Below, in pieces: positions 20,545 to 29,489 of a DNA stretch of 64,000 bases (the first letter of the stretch is position 1; every line of letters starts with the position of its first letter). The position numbers and the translations under genes are program-made. Source of the DNA: a virus; the IMG/VR virus record IMGVR_UViG_3300035145_004174, positions 37,072-101,071 of that record. The stretch is one strand, 5' to 3'. The notes beneath the pieces were generated by a model. That model was not told the DNA's origin. It did no database searches and worked only from the letters and a program-made list of their open reading frames with translations.

Positions 20545-20939
20545 TATGCTTTAATTTTTTCCTCCATATTGTTTTCTTGTTCTTGCTTTACTGTTCCTAT
20601 GCAATATTTGAATAAATAATCATTTTGATTAGGAAATGAACATTCCCTAATGTGCTGCCAATCTTTTATTGATAGTGGCAATTTGTGTCTGTTCAAATAG
20701 TTTTTATAGAACATATGAAAATTTTTGAATTTAAAATCTTTAAATGAGTTTTGCTCTTTTAATTTTTCTTTCAACACGAAGGTTGCAAACTCAAGCGATC
20801 TAGCTTTTATTACTGAAATAAACTCAAAAACTTCTCCACTTAGAGATGTTAGTGTGTAATTTATTTTCCAATATTGGTCGTAACCAAATTTCTTTTTTCT
20901 ATACTTTTCTTGAATATTTTTTTTAGTCTTCATCTTCAA
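20544..20939 (-). CDS. stand-alone domain-X protein
   Basis: DQYWKINYT...IKARS...DWQHIRECSFPNQNDYLFKY matches the N-terminus of the 19892 gene. Confidence 0.7.
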   Translation of the reverse strand: MKMKTKKNIQEKYRKKKFGYDQYWKINYTLTSLSGEVFEFISVIKARSLEFATFVLKEKLKEQNSFKDFKFKNFHMFYKNYLNRHKLPLSIKDWQHIRECSFPNQNDYLFKYCIGTVKQEQENNMEEKIKA

Positions 20940-21168
20940 CCTTTCTATCTACTTTTTCTTTAAAGCATGGATTATTCTCGTATTCACCTACAGATCTTCC
21001 GATATTGAAGGAAAATCTGTCAATAAATATTATTACTCCAAATAATATATATAATGCATAATTTGTCAAATCTAAATTTAACAACAATAACCCTATTACT
21101 ATTACATATGGTAAATACTTATTTAATAAGTAGTCTATTACCGCCCAATTACTTTCTTTAATCTTCAT
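20923..21168 (-). CDS. small two-TM membrane protein (possible anti-sigma)
   Basis: Two hydrophobic stretches; lies directly downstream of the ECF sigma gene and overlaps it. Confidence 0.55.
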   Translation of the reverse strand: MKIKESNWAVIDYLLNKYLPYVIVIGLLLLNLDLTNYALYILFGVIIFIDRFSFNIGRSVGEYENNPCFKEKVDRKVEDED

Positions 21169-21730
21169 AATTTCCGTATACTTCGTATTTATTCATTTTT
21201 CTTTTTGCGCACTTTGTTAAGTTACTTCTGATCCTAAACATTGTGCCTGAGACAGCTCCAATGCTTCTTCCTGTTATTTTTGAAATTTCTTTCATGCTTT
21301 TTTCTTGCTTGAACCATAAATTAGCTATCAAGCTCATATGATCTGGCAAGTCTCTATAGCATGAATTTAAAATTTTACTTTCTAGTTTTATGTCATTTTC
21401 ATTTATTTCCTGTGCTTCATCCATTATAGTTTCTACCATTTCACTGTTAAATGATAACCTATTTCTTTTTGATTTTGTTAAAAATCCCATTATTTGAAAC
21501 CTAGCTATAGCGAAAACCCAATTCTTGAACTCGCCTTTTGAGGGGTCGTAGCAATCTTGTCTTTTGAATGAGATCATATTTGTTTCTTGGAGTACATCCA
21601 TAGCATCCGCTTTATTCGGTATTATTGATAATATAAAACCAAGTAGCCTTGGTTGTAGTATTTTTAACTCGCTCTCAAAACAAAATTGTTTTGAATTCTG
21701 CTTTGTAATTTTCTTTTTTGCTTTAAACAT
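21158..21730 (-). CDS. ECF sigma-70 factor, Rhodopirellula/Verrucomicrobium-type (TIGR02989-like)
   Basis: LQPRLLGFILSIIPNKADAMDVLQETN...FKNWVFAIARFQI...RNRLSF...SMKEIS..TGRSIGAV...RIRSNL.KC. Confidence 0.85.
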   Translation of the reverse strand: MFKAKKKITKQNSKQFCFESELKILQPRLLGFILSIIPNKADAMDVLQETNMISFKRQDCYDPSKGEFKNWVFAIARFQIMGFLTKSKRNRLSFNSEMVETIMDEAQEINENDIKLESKILNSCYRDLPDHMSLIANLWFKQEKSMKEISKITGRSIGAVSGTMFRIRSNLTKCAKRKMNKYEVYGNYED

Positions 21731-21953
21731 CCTGCATCTCCCATTTCTCAGAATACGGATTATACTTTTCTACCGAAATGGTTTGTACCGTGATCTTGTT
21801 TGAATCTAACATTGCATCATGAAACTTTATAGCTTCTTCAGCGTTATGGGCCATATAATAATGATAATTGTTCATCGCAATATGTTCGGACGATGCATTG
21901 TATTTAACTCTGAATTCAAATAATTTATCAAATTTATATTTTTTCTTCTTCAT
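21723..21953 (-). CDS. hypothetical protein
   Basis: Coupled in the minus-strand operon; start moved to MKKKKY. Confidence 0.6.
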   Translation of the reverse strand: MKKKKYKFDKLFEFRVKYNASSEHIAMNNYHYYMAHNAEEAIKFHDAMLDSNKITVQTISVEKYNPYSEKWEMQDV

Positions 21954-22122
21954 GACCTCGCCAATAAATACCATCAAGTAAAACAAAATTTATTTCATTT
22001 TCGATTTCGATATCGACACCTACTGGGTCTCCCTCTAGCACTGGAAGGTCTGATTCTACATAGAAGAATTCTTCTTCTTGTTCTGCGTGTACTAATTGGC
22101 ATGATTTCATTTTAATATTCAT
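21934..22122 (-). CDS. hypothetical protein
   Basis: Overlap-coupled acidic small ORF. Confidence 0.55.
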   Translation of the reverse strand: MNIKMKSCQLVHAEQEEEFFYVESDLPVLEGDPVGVDIEIENEINFVLLDGIYWRGHEEEKI

Positions 22123-22379
22123 ATTTTAATTTCTAGTTGTTTTTGATTATGTTCTGATTCTAAAGCATTTTTCTGGTTAATGTCAACACTTTTTTTATTT
22201 TTTTTGAAATTCTTTTGGGCTATCCTTACCATGAACCTCATCAAGGAGAAAGAATAAGCTTTACTGAAGCTTATGGTTTGCACCTCTTCTGTTTCTTTAT
22301 TTTTGATAGTTACTCGAAATTGCTTTAGCTCAGAATCGTACTCAAATTCTCCAAATTTAAGTTCTTTTATTATTTTCAT
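22119..22379 (-). CDS. hypothetical protein
   Basis: Overlap-coupled ORF following the methylase. Confidence 0.6.
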   Translation of the reverse strand: MKIIKELKFGEFEYDSELKQFRVTIKNKETEEVQTISFSKAYSFSLMRFMVRIAQKNFKKNKKSVDINQKNALESEHNQKQLEIKI

Positions 22380-22380
22380 G

Positions 22381-23424
22381 TCAATCGATTGGAATTGTTT
22401 TAATTATTTCTCTCGCCATTGTTGGGGGAAAACATTCACCAAGAACTTTTCTAATAAAATTCTCTGATTTGTTACCTTTAAATTTGTCTAAAAATCTTTC
22501 TGGAAGTCCACAAATAATACCTAATTCTTCAACCGACAAGACTCTTGCGTCGGAATATGTTCCATCTGTTAGTTTATTTCCTGGGTGAACATTGTTTTGG
22601 CTTGAAACCGCTCCATTGCACATGGTAACTGTTGGGGCTGGCTTGTCCCAATCTATTCTTTTGTAAGTCGTAGAGAACCCTTTTATTCTTCTTCCATCTT
22701 TTTTTGGATAATGAATTTTATTTTCAAATGCGGTTTTCCCTGTTGGTGTGTTTTTCATCCAAACTATGTGATTAGGATTATGTTTTTTTGCGTAATGCCA
22801 AGGTAATGAGCTTTTTTCTCCAGATTCTAAGGAATCTAGATGGGATATCGCATCTTTTGTTGTTATTATTTTTTTTCTAGATTCTGGATGCTTCCATTTT
22901 CCGCCTCTAGAGATCAGCCCAATAAACCTTTTCCTTGATTGAGGTGTATTATAATTTTTTGCATTTAAAATTTTCCACCTTAGAGACCAAGGTTGGGGAA
23001 GTTTTGACTCAATATAATTTATGATGTTTACTATGTTTCCGTCATCATTTATAAACGTCTCTGACATGCCAGATACATTTTCTATCAACATATATTCTGG
23101 TAAAATTTCATTAAACACTTCCATGGCATGAATTATTAATGAGTTCCTGTGGTCATTTGGAGACCTTTTTGCATTAGCAACACTCATTCCTTGACAAGGT
23201 GGGGTTGCTATAATTAAATCTATTGTGTCGCAATTCTCATAAATTTGCTCTTTTATTGTTGCATTTGTTATGTCTCCGCAAATAACATTCACATCAGGAT
23301 GTATCTCTCTGTACATCTTGCATCTATCTTCTTGTAGCTCGTTAGCTACAACAACATCCACTCCGAATTCCTTGAAATAAACCTCGCCAAAACCTACATT
23401 AGAAAAAAGAGATAAAGCCTTCAT
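22381..23424 (-). CDS. DNA (cytosine-5)-methyltransferase
   Basis: LSLFSNVG, GDI, TPPCQGMS, IENV, PQSRKR, Y.R..WD.PAPTV, RVLSVEEL, LGECFPP. No cognate restriction enzyme adjacent. Confidence 0.92.
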   Translation of the reverse strand: MKALSLFSNVGFGEVYFKEFGVDVVVANELQEDRCKMYREIHPDVNVICGDITNATIKEQIYENCDTIDLIIATPPCQGMSVANAKRSPNDHRNSLIIHAMEVFNEILPEYMLIENVSGMSETFINDDGNIVNIINYIESKLPQPWSLRWKILNAKNYNTPQSRKRFIGLISRGGKWKHPESRKKIITTKDAISHLDSLESGEKSSLPWHYAKKHNPNHIVWMKNTPTGKTAFENKIHYPKKDGRRIKGFSTTYKRIDWDKPAPTVTMCNGAVSSQNNVHPGNKLTDGTYSDARVLSVEELGIICGLPERFLDKFKGNKSENFIRKVLGECFPPTMAREIIKTIPID

Positions 23425-23510
23425 TCTGTATTATAATAATATTATTAACAAGAATATCAACTCAAAAAGTGTATTTATAATTTAGTTGAATTTTTAATAT
23501 ATTATAAGCG

Positions 23511-24161
23511 ATGAAAAACTCTAAAGTAATAACATGTATAGGGAATTGCCAAGCCCTTAGTTTGACTTGGTATTTGTCTCAATTGGGTCCAGAATTTGAT
23601 GTTTCCTATGTGAGTCCTTCTATGAAGCTCCAGAATTTGATTATTGGAGATTCTGTCGAGGAGGCTCCATCGGCTCCTAATTATGCATTAGACGATTCCA
23701 AACACGACGAAATAAAACCATGGGCAGGGAAGCTCATTAAAAGGGCAAAAAACCCATCTATGGGGGTCGATATGGTCAAAAAATCAGATCTAGTTTTTTA
23801 TCAGACAATTAGATTGGAAACATCTAAACTTTTCAACCTTGCAAAATTGCGAAGCTATGTTGATGTTTCTAAATTAAAACAAATTGGAGTGTTTCATTAT
23901 AATCCCAATGACCCTTTTATTGAATCTGGTTTTGTGGGAATGATGGAAAGAGAAAAAAGACATAAGATAGAATTTTCGATTTGTGAATTGATTTACAAGC
24001 ACCGAGATAAAATTTACTGCCAACCAGGAAACCGCAGGCATCCAAATTCTTTTTATTTTTTAGAATTAGTGAGGTCTATTTGTGAAAAAATGGAATGGGA
24101 TTTTTATGATGAATCTACTTATATGGAAATTCTTGAACAAAAATGGCCATTTAAATGTTAG
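23511..24161 (+). CDS. WcbI-like polysaccharide biosynthesis protein
   Basis: IGNCQA N-terminal motif, SDLVFYQ, HPNSFYFLELV; paralog of 27198..27860. Confidence 0.55.
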   Translation: MKNSKVITCIGNCQALSLTWYLSQLGPEFDVSYVSPSMKLQNLIIGDSVEEAPSAPNYALDDSKHDEIKPWAGKLIKRAKNPSMGVDMVKKSDLVFYQTIRLETSKLFNLAKLRSYVDVSKLKQIGVFHYNPNDPFIESGFVGMMEREKRHKIEFSICELIYKHRDKIYCQPGNRRHPNSFYFLELVRSICEKMEWDFYDESTYMEILEQKWPFKC

Positions 24162-24865
24162 AACTTATAATTAAAATACTCTATATCTTTTATATAAATT
24201 TCTTTAACTAAATTAAAGGATTTATCATCGTAGTATTCTCTGTAGTCTCTTGGCTTGATATTTTTTTTAATTTGCTTTCGTTTTCGCATTTCATTTATCT
24301 TTTTTTCTAAATCTATTATTTTTTCTGTATCTTTAGTCGAAGTTTTTTCCTTCTCTAAAAGTTTTATCAATCTTTTTTCTTTTTTTTCGTTATCTCTTTT
24401 GTTTAAATGGTAGAGCTTTTCCATCTGGCCCAAGCCTATAATATTGCAAATATTTTTAAAATCTTCTTCTAGGTTTTCGTATTTTCCAATAAAGTCTAAA
24501 TTTCCGTAGTTTTTTTCGCAAAATTGATGAAATGTTGGTTGCATTTTAAAATGCATTGAAGATATGTACTCAGAGAATTCCATTTCTCTGTATTTTTCGT
24601 TATAAATTAGGTGGTATTTTAAAGAGACAGCTCTATCCCAAGGGTTCCTAACAAATGCAAACTTGAAATAATTGCTGCATTCTGGGTACTTTATTAATGC
24701 ACCTTTTAATCCGCTATGTCTAATTTTACCTTCTTTTTTTTTGTGGTTTTCGAATCTGACCCAATTAATTTCTGGATGATGTCTTCTTAAAGCAGTGGAT
24801 ATCGAAAGAGTTCCTGTTTTTGGGTATTCTAAAAATATAAATTTATGTTCGTGTGATATTATCAT
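24158..24865 (-). CDS. sulfotransferase family 2
   Basis: FIFLEYPKTGTLSI (5'-PSB), FAFVRNPWDRAVS (3'-PB), DFIGKYENL, YREYYD. Confidence 0.88.
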   Translation of the reverse strand: MIISHEHKFIFLEYPKTGTLSISTALRRHHPEINWVRFENHKKKEGKIRHSGLKGALIKYPECSNYFKFAFVRNPWDRAVSLKYHLIYNEKYREMEFSEYISSMHFKMQPTFHQFCEKNYGNLDFIGKYENLEEDFKNICNIIGLGQMEKLYHLNKRDNEKKEKRLIKLLEKEKTSTKDTEKIIDLEKKINEMRKRKQIKKNIKPRDYREYYDDKSFNLVKEIYIKDIEYFNYKF

Positions 24866-25515
24866 TACTTATCTTCAAATTCATAACCAAAAAACTCAAT
24901 GTCTTTTGCGTATTTTTTTGCAACAATTTCTCTAGTCTCATCGTCGTAGTATTCGGTATAATGTTTGTGACTTGATTTGTTTTTGTGTGGAAGTTGTTGT
25001 GTTGGGATTCCGATTTTGTCACAAACTATATTGAAGTCTTTTTGGATATTTTCAAATCTGATTACATAATCAAGTTTATGGTCATTATATTTTTTTACAC
25101 AAAAATAATCAACACATGGTTTGGGTCTGTAGTTATTTCTGTTCCTTTGAATTAGGTTATTAATAAATATCTTTTTATTAAACGATTTATGCCCTTTCCA
25201 AAAATAATATGAAATAGCACGATCCCACGGATTCCGTGTTACGCCAAACTTGAAAAAGTCTTCAATGCTTTCGTATTTTTTTTGCCAAGCATTATAGTAT
25301 GCGTTTAATGTTGCATGCTTATGTATTTTTAATTTTTTATTAGATGACCTAATTTCAAATCTGTCTAAATGAGATTTACTCTTCGCATTATGAGTTGCTT
25401 GTTCCTCGGTTACCCAAATCTTATCCTCAGAATAGTTTTGAAGGTAATTTTGTATAGAATTACCCGCAGTTTTTGGAACATGAATAAAAATAAATTTATG
25501 TTTATGACTTATCAT
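24865..25515 (-). CDS. sulfotransferase family 2
   Basis: FIHVPKTAGNSI, RNPWDRAISYY, IRFENI, HYTEYYD. Confidence 0.9.
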   Translation of the reverse strand: MISHKHKFIFIHVPKTAGNSIQNYLQNYSEDKIWVTEEQATHNAKSKSHLDRFEIRSSNKKLKIHKHATLNAYYNAWQKKYESIEDFFKFGVTRNPWDRAISYYFWKGHKSFNKKIFINNLIQRNRNNYRPKPCVDYFCVKKYNDHKLDYVIRFENIQKDFNIVCDKIGIPTQQLPHKNKSSHKHYTEYYDDETREIVAKKYAKDIEFFGYEFEDK

Positions 25516-25540
25516 TATTGTTAATCATTATTAATCTAGC

Positions 25541-25557
25541 GTGTATAACTTATACAC
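25541..25557. promoter_or_regulatory. palindrome GTGTATAA-C-TTATACAC (candidate late promoter/operator)
   Basis: Perfect 8-bp inverted repeat in the 92-nt gap between two sulfotransferase genes. Confidence 0.45.
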
Positions 25558-25607
25558 CATTGCATTTTTATGTAGACATCTTTCTTTCCAAAATTGTTTT
25601 TTTCATT

Positions 25608-26183
25608 TTACTCTCCAAATTTGTATCCAAAATACTCAATGTCTCGTGCATATCTTTCCGCAACAATTTCACGAGTTTCATCATCGTAGTATTGGGTGTA
25701 GTGTTTTTTGTCTGAACGTCGCCTTTTTTTTGTATTTTTATTTATGGTGATCCCTATTTTTTTGCAAATATATTCGAGGTCTTGAGTTCGGTTTTCAAAT
25801 CGACCTATGAAGTCCATTTTTTCGGGTTCAAAATAATCCAACAAGCTATCTCCGCTTTCATGAATAGCTGGCTTGTAATGCTCTAAAAAATATTTTAAAG
25901 TTTTACCAGAATGATGCCCAATTTTACCACCTCGCCCTTTAATTGGACTAGAATACCAACCTCTATCAAAATATTTTGATATTATAATGTCCCAAGGGTT
26001 TCTGACAAAAGTGAATTTAAAATAGTTCTCAAAGTTTTTTTGGTTCAAATGATTTTCCCAATCTCTTAAACTCCAATGTTTATTTCCCTCTTTTGCCTCG
26101 TTGTATTGAAACTGAGCTTCTATACTCGTGCCTCCAGTTCGAGGAACATGGATGAAAAGAAATTTATTTTTGTGGTTAATCAT
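25608..26183 (-). CDS. sulfotransferase family 2
   Basis: FIHVPRTGGTSI, FVRNPWD, DFIGRFEN, HYTQYYD. Confidence 0.9.
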   Translation of the reverse strand: MINHKNKFLFIHVPRTGGTSIEAQFQYNEAKEGNKHWSLRDWENHLNQKNFENYFKFTFVRNPWDIIISKYFDRGWYSSPIKGRGGKIGHHSGKTLKYFLEHYKPAIHESGDSLLDYFEPEKMDFIGRFENRTQDLEYICKKIGITINKNTKKRRRSDKKHYTQYYDDETREIVAERYARDIEYFGYKFGE

Positions 26184-26199
26184 TTAAATATTACATTGT

Positions 26200-26970
26200 T
26201 CATTCTAGCGATTTAAATTTTGTTTTTGTTGTGCATGTATTGCTAATATATCTATACACATTACTAGTTCTAGTTCCCACAAAACTCACAGATCTCTTTG
26301 CTATTTCGATTTCTGAAAAAAATTGTACAAAAAAATTTCTATCATATTCTTTTTTCTCTTCTATATCAATATCTGTAGAATGTCCGTCTTGTTTTTTTTC
26401 TGTTAAATAATACAGCTTTATTGGCAAATTTTCAAACAATATAAATTGCTTAGCTTCATCGATGACTTTGTAATCATCAGTCATTATAAAAATTGACCCA
26501 AATTTTTTTGAGATTTTCGCCAAATATTGGTCAAATTCATACCTTTTAGACTCTGGTCTGCCCCTCCGTTCTCCCCATTTGTATTTTTTCTCCAACACCT
26601 TGTCCCCTCTTCTTATATGAAAACAACAGAATTCTTCAGGTAAATTCAAAGATGATATTTTGTCTTCCACTTCTTCTAAGAATTTTTTTTTATATTTAAA
26701 AAAATTTGAACATTCGACTTTTGATAAATTCGTGTGTCGTGTTAAACGACAAGGGCCTTTTCTTGTAGAAGAAGCAGCTCGCCTTTTTAGGGATTGAGGA
26801 AAGTCAAATATTTCGTAAATATGTGTTTTTTTAAAATATTGAGAATTTCTTGAGTTAACAAAAAATTTAGATTCAGTATTTGCTATGTCTCTTTGAAAAA
26901 AACTAACCAAGCCATTTAGTTCCGAGCATAACCCTCTTTTACTCATTGTATAATAATAGTTCTTGCTCAT
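26200..26970 (-). CDS. alpha-1,6-fucosyltransferase-like (GT23/NodZ) protein
   Basis: RGLCSE, FHIRRGDK, IFIMTDD, EIEIAKRS..FVGTRTSNV, i.e. FUT8-type motifs I-III. Confidence 0.75.
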   Translation of the reverse strand: MSKNYYYTMSKRGLCSELNGLVSFFQRDIANTESKFFVNSRNSQYFKKTHIYEIFDFPQSLKRRAASSTRKGPCRLTRHTNLSKVECSNFFKYKKKFLEEVEDKISSLNLPEEFCCFHIRRGDKVLEKKYKWGERRGRPESKRYEFDQYLAKISKKFGSIFIMTDDYKVIDEAKQFILFENLPIKLYYLTEKKQDGHSTDIDIEEKKEYDRNFFVQFFSEIEIAKRSVSFVGTRTSNVYRYISNTCTTKTKFKSLE

Positions 26971-26995
26971 TATGTATCAAAATACTTAATAGTAT

Positions 26996-27205
26996 TTAAT
27001 CCATTTCGTCTCCCTGTTTCCAGCTAGAACACCATCTGTAGCTTTGTACGTTCACCACCTTTTCCTTATCTTCTTCGGATAAATAATTGACCGCAGTTCT
27101 TAAGTTTACCTGTAGTGTATCTATCAATGCATATAGGTCGGCTATTTGCTTTTCTTTCTTATGTATTTCTAATTTTAGTTGTCTTTCGTTCATTGTTTTA
27201 ACCAA
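26996..27205 (-). CDS. hypothetical coiled-coil protein
   Basis: Small ORF overlapping its upstream neighbour. Confidence 0.5.
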   Translation of the reverse strand: MVKTMNERQLKLEIHKKEKQIADLYALIDTLQVNLRTAVNYLSEEDKEKVVNVQSYRWCSSWKQGDEMD

Positions 27206-27860
27206 ATGGAAATCTAATTTTTGAATATTTTTCTACTTCTTCATCCGAGAAGTACTCCCAATCATAAATTCTGCAAATTTCTTTAACCAAATCTAAAAAA
27301 TAAAAAACATTTGGATGGTTGGGTAAATTTGTTCCGTTTATTTTTTTGTTGTTTTTTATCAATTCAGTAGCTCTAAGTAAAACTTTTACCTCAGCCTCCC
27401 TCTTCGCCATCTCTAGAACAAATTTATTGTTTTTCTTATCGTGAAAAAAAGAGCTTATTGAAATCAATTTAGCATCATCTCTAGCTAGAATTTTAACATT
27501 TTGCCAATTTAGAAGTTTAGATGTAGAAGGTCTTATTTTTTGAAATATTACATAATCAGACGCTTGTAAACTCTTTCTTATTTGATCTGATTTAAATATA
27601 TTAAATCTAAAGTCTCCTTTATCTTCTGTAACTAGTCTATGTACATTTGCAGGGTTTGTGTGCAAAAATAAATGTTTTGCAAATTTTTCTTTATTTACTC
27701 TCTTCATGTGTTCTCTGAATTTTTCAGCAACAAGCCAATTACAGACAACTTTCCCATTTTTTGCACCTTCTCTCATTTGAGGTAACCTTCTTATATACCA
27801 AGCTAAAGCTTCACTTTGGCAGTTTCCGATTACAGATATTCTAGCTTTTATTTCCTTCAT
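27198..27860 (-). CDS. WcbI-like polysaccharide biosynthesis protein
   Basis: IGNCQS, SDYVIFQKIR, NHPNVFYFLDLV..IC...W.Y. Confidence 0.55.
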   Translation of the reverse strand: MKEIKARISVIGNCQSEALAWYIRRLPQMREGAKNGKVVCNWLVAEKFREHMKRVNKEKFAKHLFLHTNPANVHRLVTEDKGDFRFNIFKSDQIRKSLQASDYVIFQKIRPSTSKLLNWQNVKILARDDAKLISISSFFHDKKNNKFVLEMAKREAEVKVLLRATELIKNNKKINGTNLPNHPNVFYFLDLVKEICRIYDWEYFSDEEVEKYSKIRFPFG

Positions 27861-27934
27861 TTAACTATATAATATTTTTATATTGATTTTTTTTTACAAA
27901 AACTTATGCTTAAGTAAACAAATACATAAAAATC

Positions 27935-28216
27935 ATGGATAATACACATAGCAACGAAAATGGAAGCACGTCCGAATGGAGAAAAAGAGAGCTTGGCGCT
28001 CTTTGGAAAAAAGAAGGAAAATCCCAACAATTCTATTCGGGAATGGTTAAGTTAAACAAAGGTACTGATCAAGAAAAAGAAATTAGACTAGTTATCTTTG
28101 TAAATAAGCATAAATCTAGCGATAGAGCTCCCGATTTAATTATTTACGAAGAAAAAAGCGAACCCGTCGCTAGTGAAAAGTCGCATGACGAAATCCCCGA
28201 CAGCTTCTTGGTTTAG
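27935..28216 (+). CDS. DUF736-like small protein
   Basis: ELGALWKK..K...YSG...N..K....PD pattern with acidic tail DEIPDSF. Confidence 0.5.
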   Translation: MDNTHSNENGSTSEWRKRELGALWKKEGKSQQFYSGMVKLNKGTDQEKEIRLVIFVNKHKSSDRAPDLIIYEEKSEPVASEKSHDEIPDSFLV

Positions 28217-28249
28217 ATTTTTTAAAATTTATTTTTTTTTAAAAAAACC

Positions 28250-28278
28250 TTGACATACCTTATTATCTCTGTCATATT
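28250..28278 (+). promoter_or_regulatory. sigma70 promoter, leaderless
   Basis: TTGACA-17-CATATT; ATG at 28285. Confidence 0.7.
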
Positions 28279-28284
28279 TATGGC

Positions 28285-28548
28285 ATGATTGATAACAAAG
28301 TAACATACAACAAAGACGGCACTCCTAGAAAAAAAGGTAGTGGTAGAAAAGCTGGATCGAACTCGTTTGTAAGAGTAACATTTTCAGAATTAAGCGAATA
28401 CATAGGCAAAAATACTCCGATGTTAGTTAGCCGAGTTTGGCTAGAAAACATAGGGATTAGTATTGAGTCTCCTAAAAAGTCAAAAATAAAATTGACAGAC
28501 GAAGGGGAGTCTGATACAGTTTTGTTTAAAGTTAAAAAATTCGATTAA
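28285..28548 (+). CDS. small basic protein with an AT-hook-like segment
   Basis: TPRKKGSGRKAGSNSF. Confidence 0.55.
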   Translation: MIDNKVTYNKDGTPRKKGSGRKAGSNSFVRVTFSELSEYIGKNTPMLVSRVWLENIGISIESPKKSKIKLTDEGESDTVLFKVKKFD

Positions 28549-28561
28549 GAAAGAAATTAAT

Positions 28562-29488
28562 ATGAAAGATATATTCTCACATCTAGTTGGACAAAAAAAT
28601 GTAAAGAAGAAGCTTAGCTTTTACTTGAAAGCTTTCAATAAGACAGGGATCAGTCCTTTTTTGGGCTTCTTTGGGGCTAAAGGTTTAGGTAAAACAGAAT
28701 TCGCTAATGCATATGCTAGGAATTTAGAAAATCAAGATGGTTCAAAAAGACCTTTGCTTGAGCTAAATTGTTCTACTATCAAAAATAATGATAGTTTTTT
28801 CGAACAAATCTTTATACCATTAATTTTAGATAATGAAATAACTGTCTTGTTTGACGAAGCTCACGAGTTACCCAATGACTTAACTATGGCTTTGCTTTCT
28901 ATCCTAGACACTAGAACATCTCATGTTAGAGAGTTTACATGGAAAGAGACTCGCTTCCCTTTTAATTTCAAGAAGCAAACTTTTTTGTTCGCAACAACTG
29001 AAAGCGATAAACTTTTTCCGCCACTTAAAGATAGGTTGACTTCTGTTGACTTCGATCCTTATTCCGAGGAAGAGTTGGGTAGAATTTTGTCTCTAGCTAT
29101 TGAATGCCCTGTTCATAAAAGTGTTCTTGCTCAACTAAGTTCTGTTGTGAGAGGAAATGCTAGAAATGCGATGATGAGATCAAAAGATATTAATCTCTAT
29201 ATAGCATCTGAAGAATTGACTCAATTTTCCTTGAGTGATTATCATAATTTTTGTGATATATTAGGCATTTTACCTTTTGGAATAACTTGCACAGAAAGAC
29301 AAATTCTAGAAGTCTTGCAAGATAAGGGTGCTTGTACCCTTGGCATGTTGGCGGCAAAAACAGGCTTAAGTTCTACTTCGTTAAGAGGTGATCATGAAAA
29401 ATATCTCCTAAAGAAAAATTTAATGGAGATAGATGTTAAGAGAAAAATTACTCCTCTTGGTAGGAAAGTTGTAAAATCTTTAAACTAA
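28562..29488 (+). CDS. ruvB: RuvB-like Holliday junction branch-migration ATPase
   Basis: LVGQ, GAKGLGKT, LFDEAH, ATTE...PLKDR, YSEEEL, RGNAR, C-terminal winged helix (EKYLL...RKITPLG). Confidence 0.8.
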   Translation: MKDIFSHLVGQKNVKKKLSFYLKAFNKTGISPFLGFFGAKGLGKTEFANAYARNLENQDGSKRPLLELNCSTIKNNDSFFEQIFIPLILDNEITVLFDEAHELPNDLTMALLSILDTRTSHVREFTWKETRFPFNFKKQTFLFATTESDKLFPPLKDRLTSVDFDPYSEEELGRILSLAIECPVHKSVLAQLSSVVRGNARNAMMRSKDINLYIASEELTQFSLSDYHNFCDILGILPFGITCTERQILEVLQDKGACTLGMLAAKTGLSSTSLRGDHEKYLLKKNLMEIDVKRKITPLGRKVVKSLN

Positions 29489-29489
29489 T

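Noticed and set aside
22381-23424. Complete restriction-modification system
   Set aside because: No endonuclease is adjacent; an orphan protective methylase is the simpler reading.
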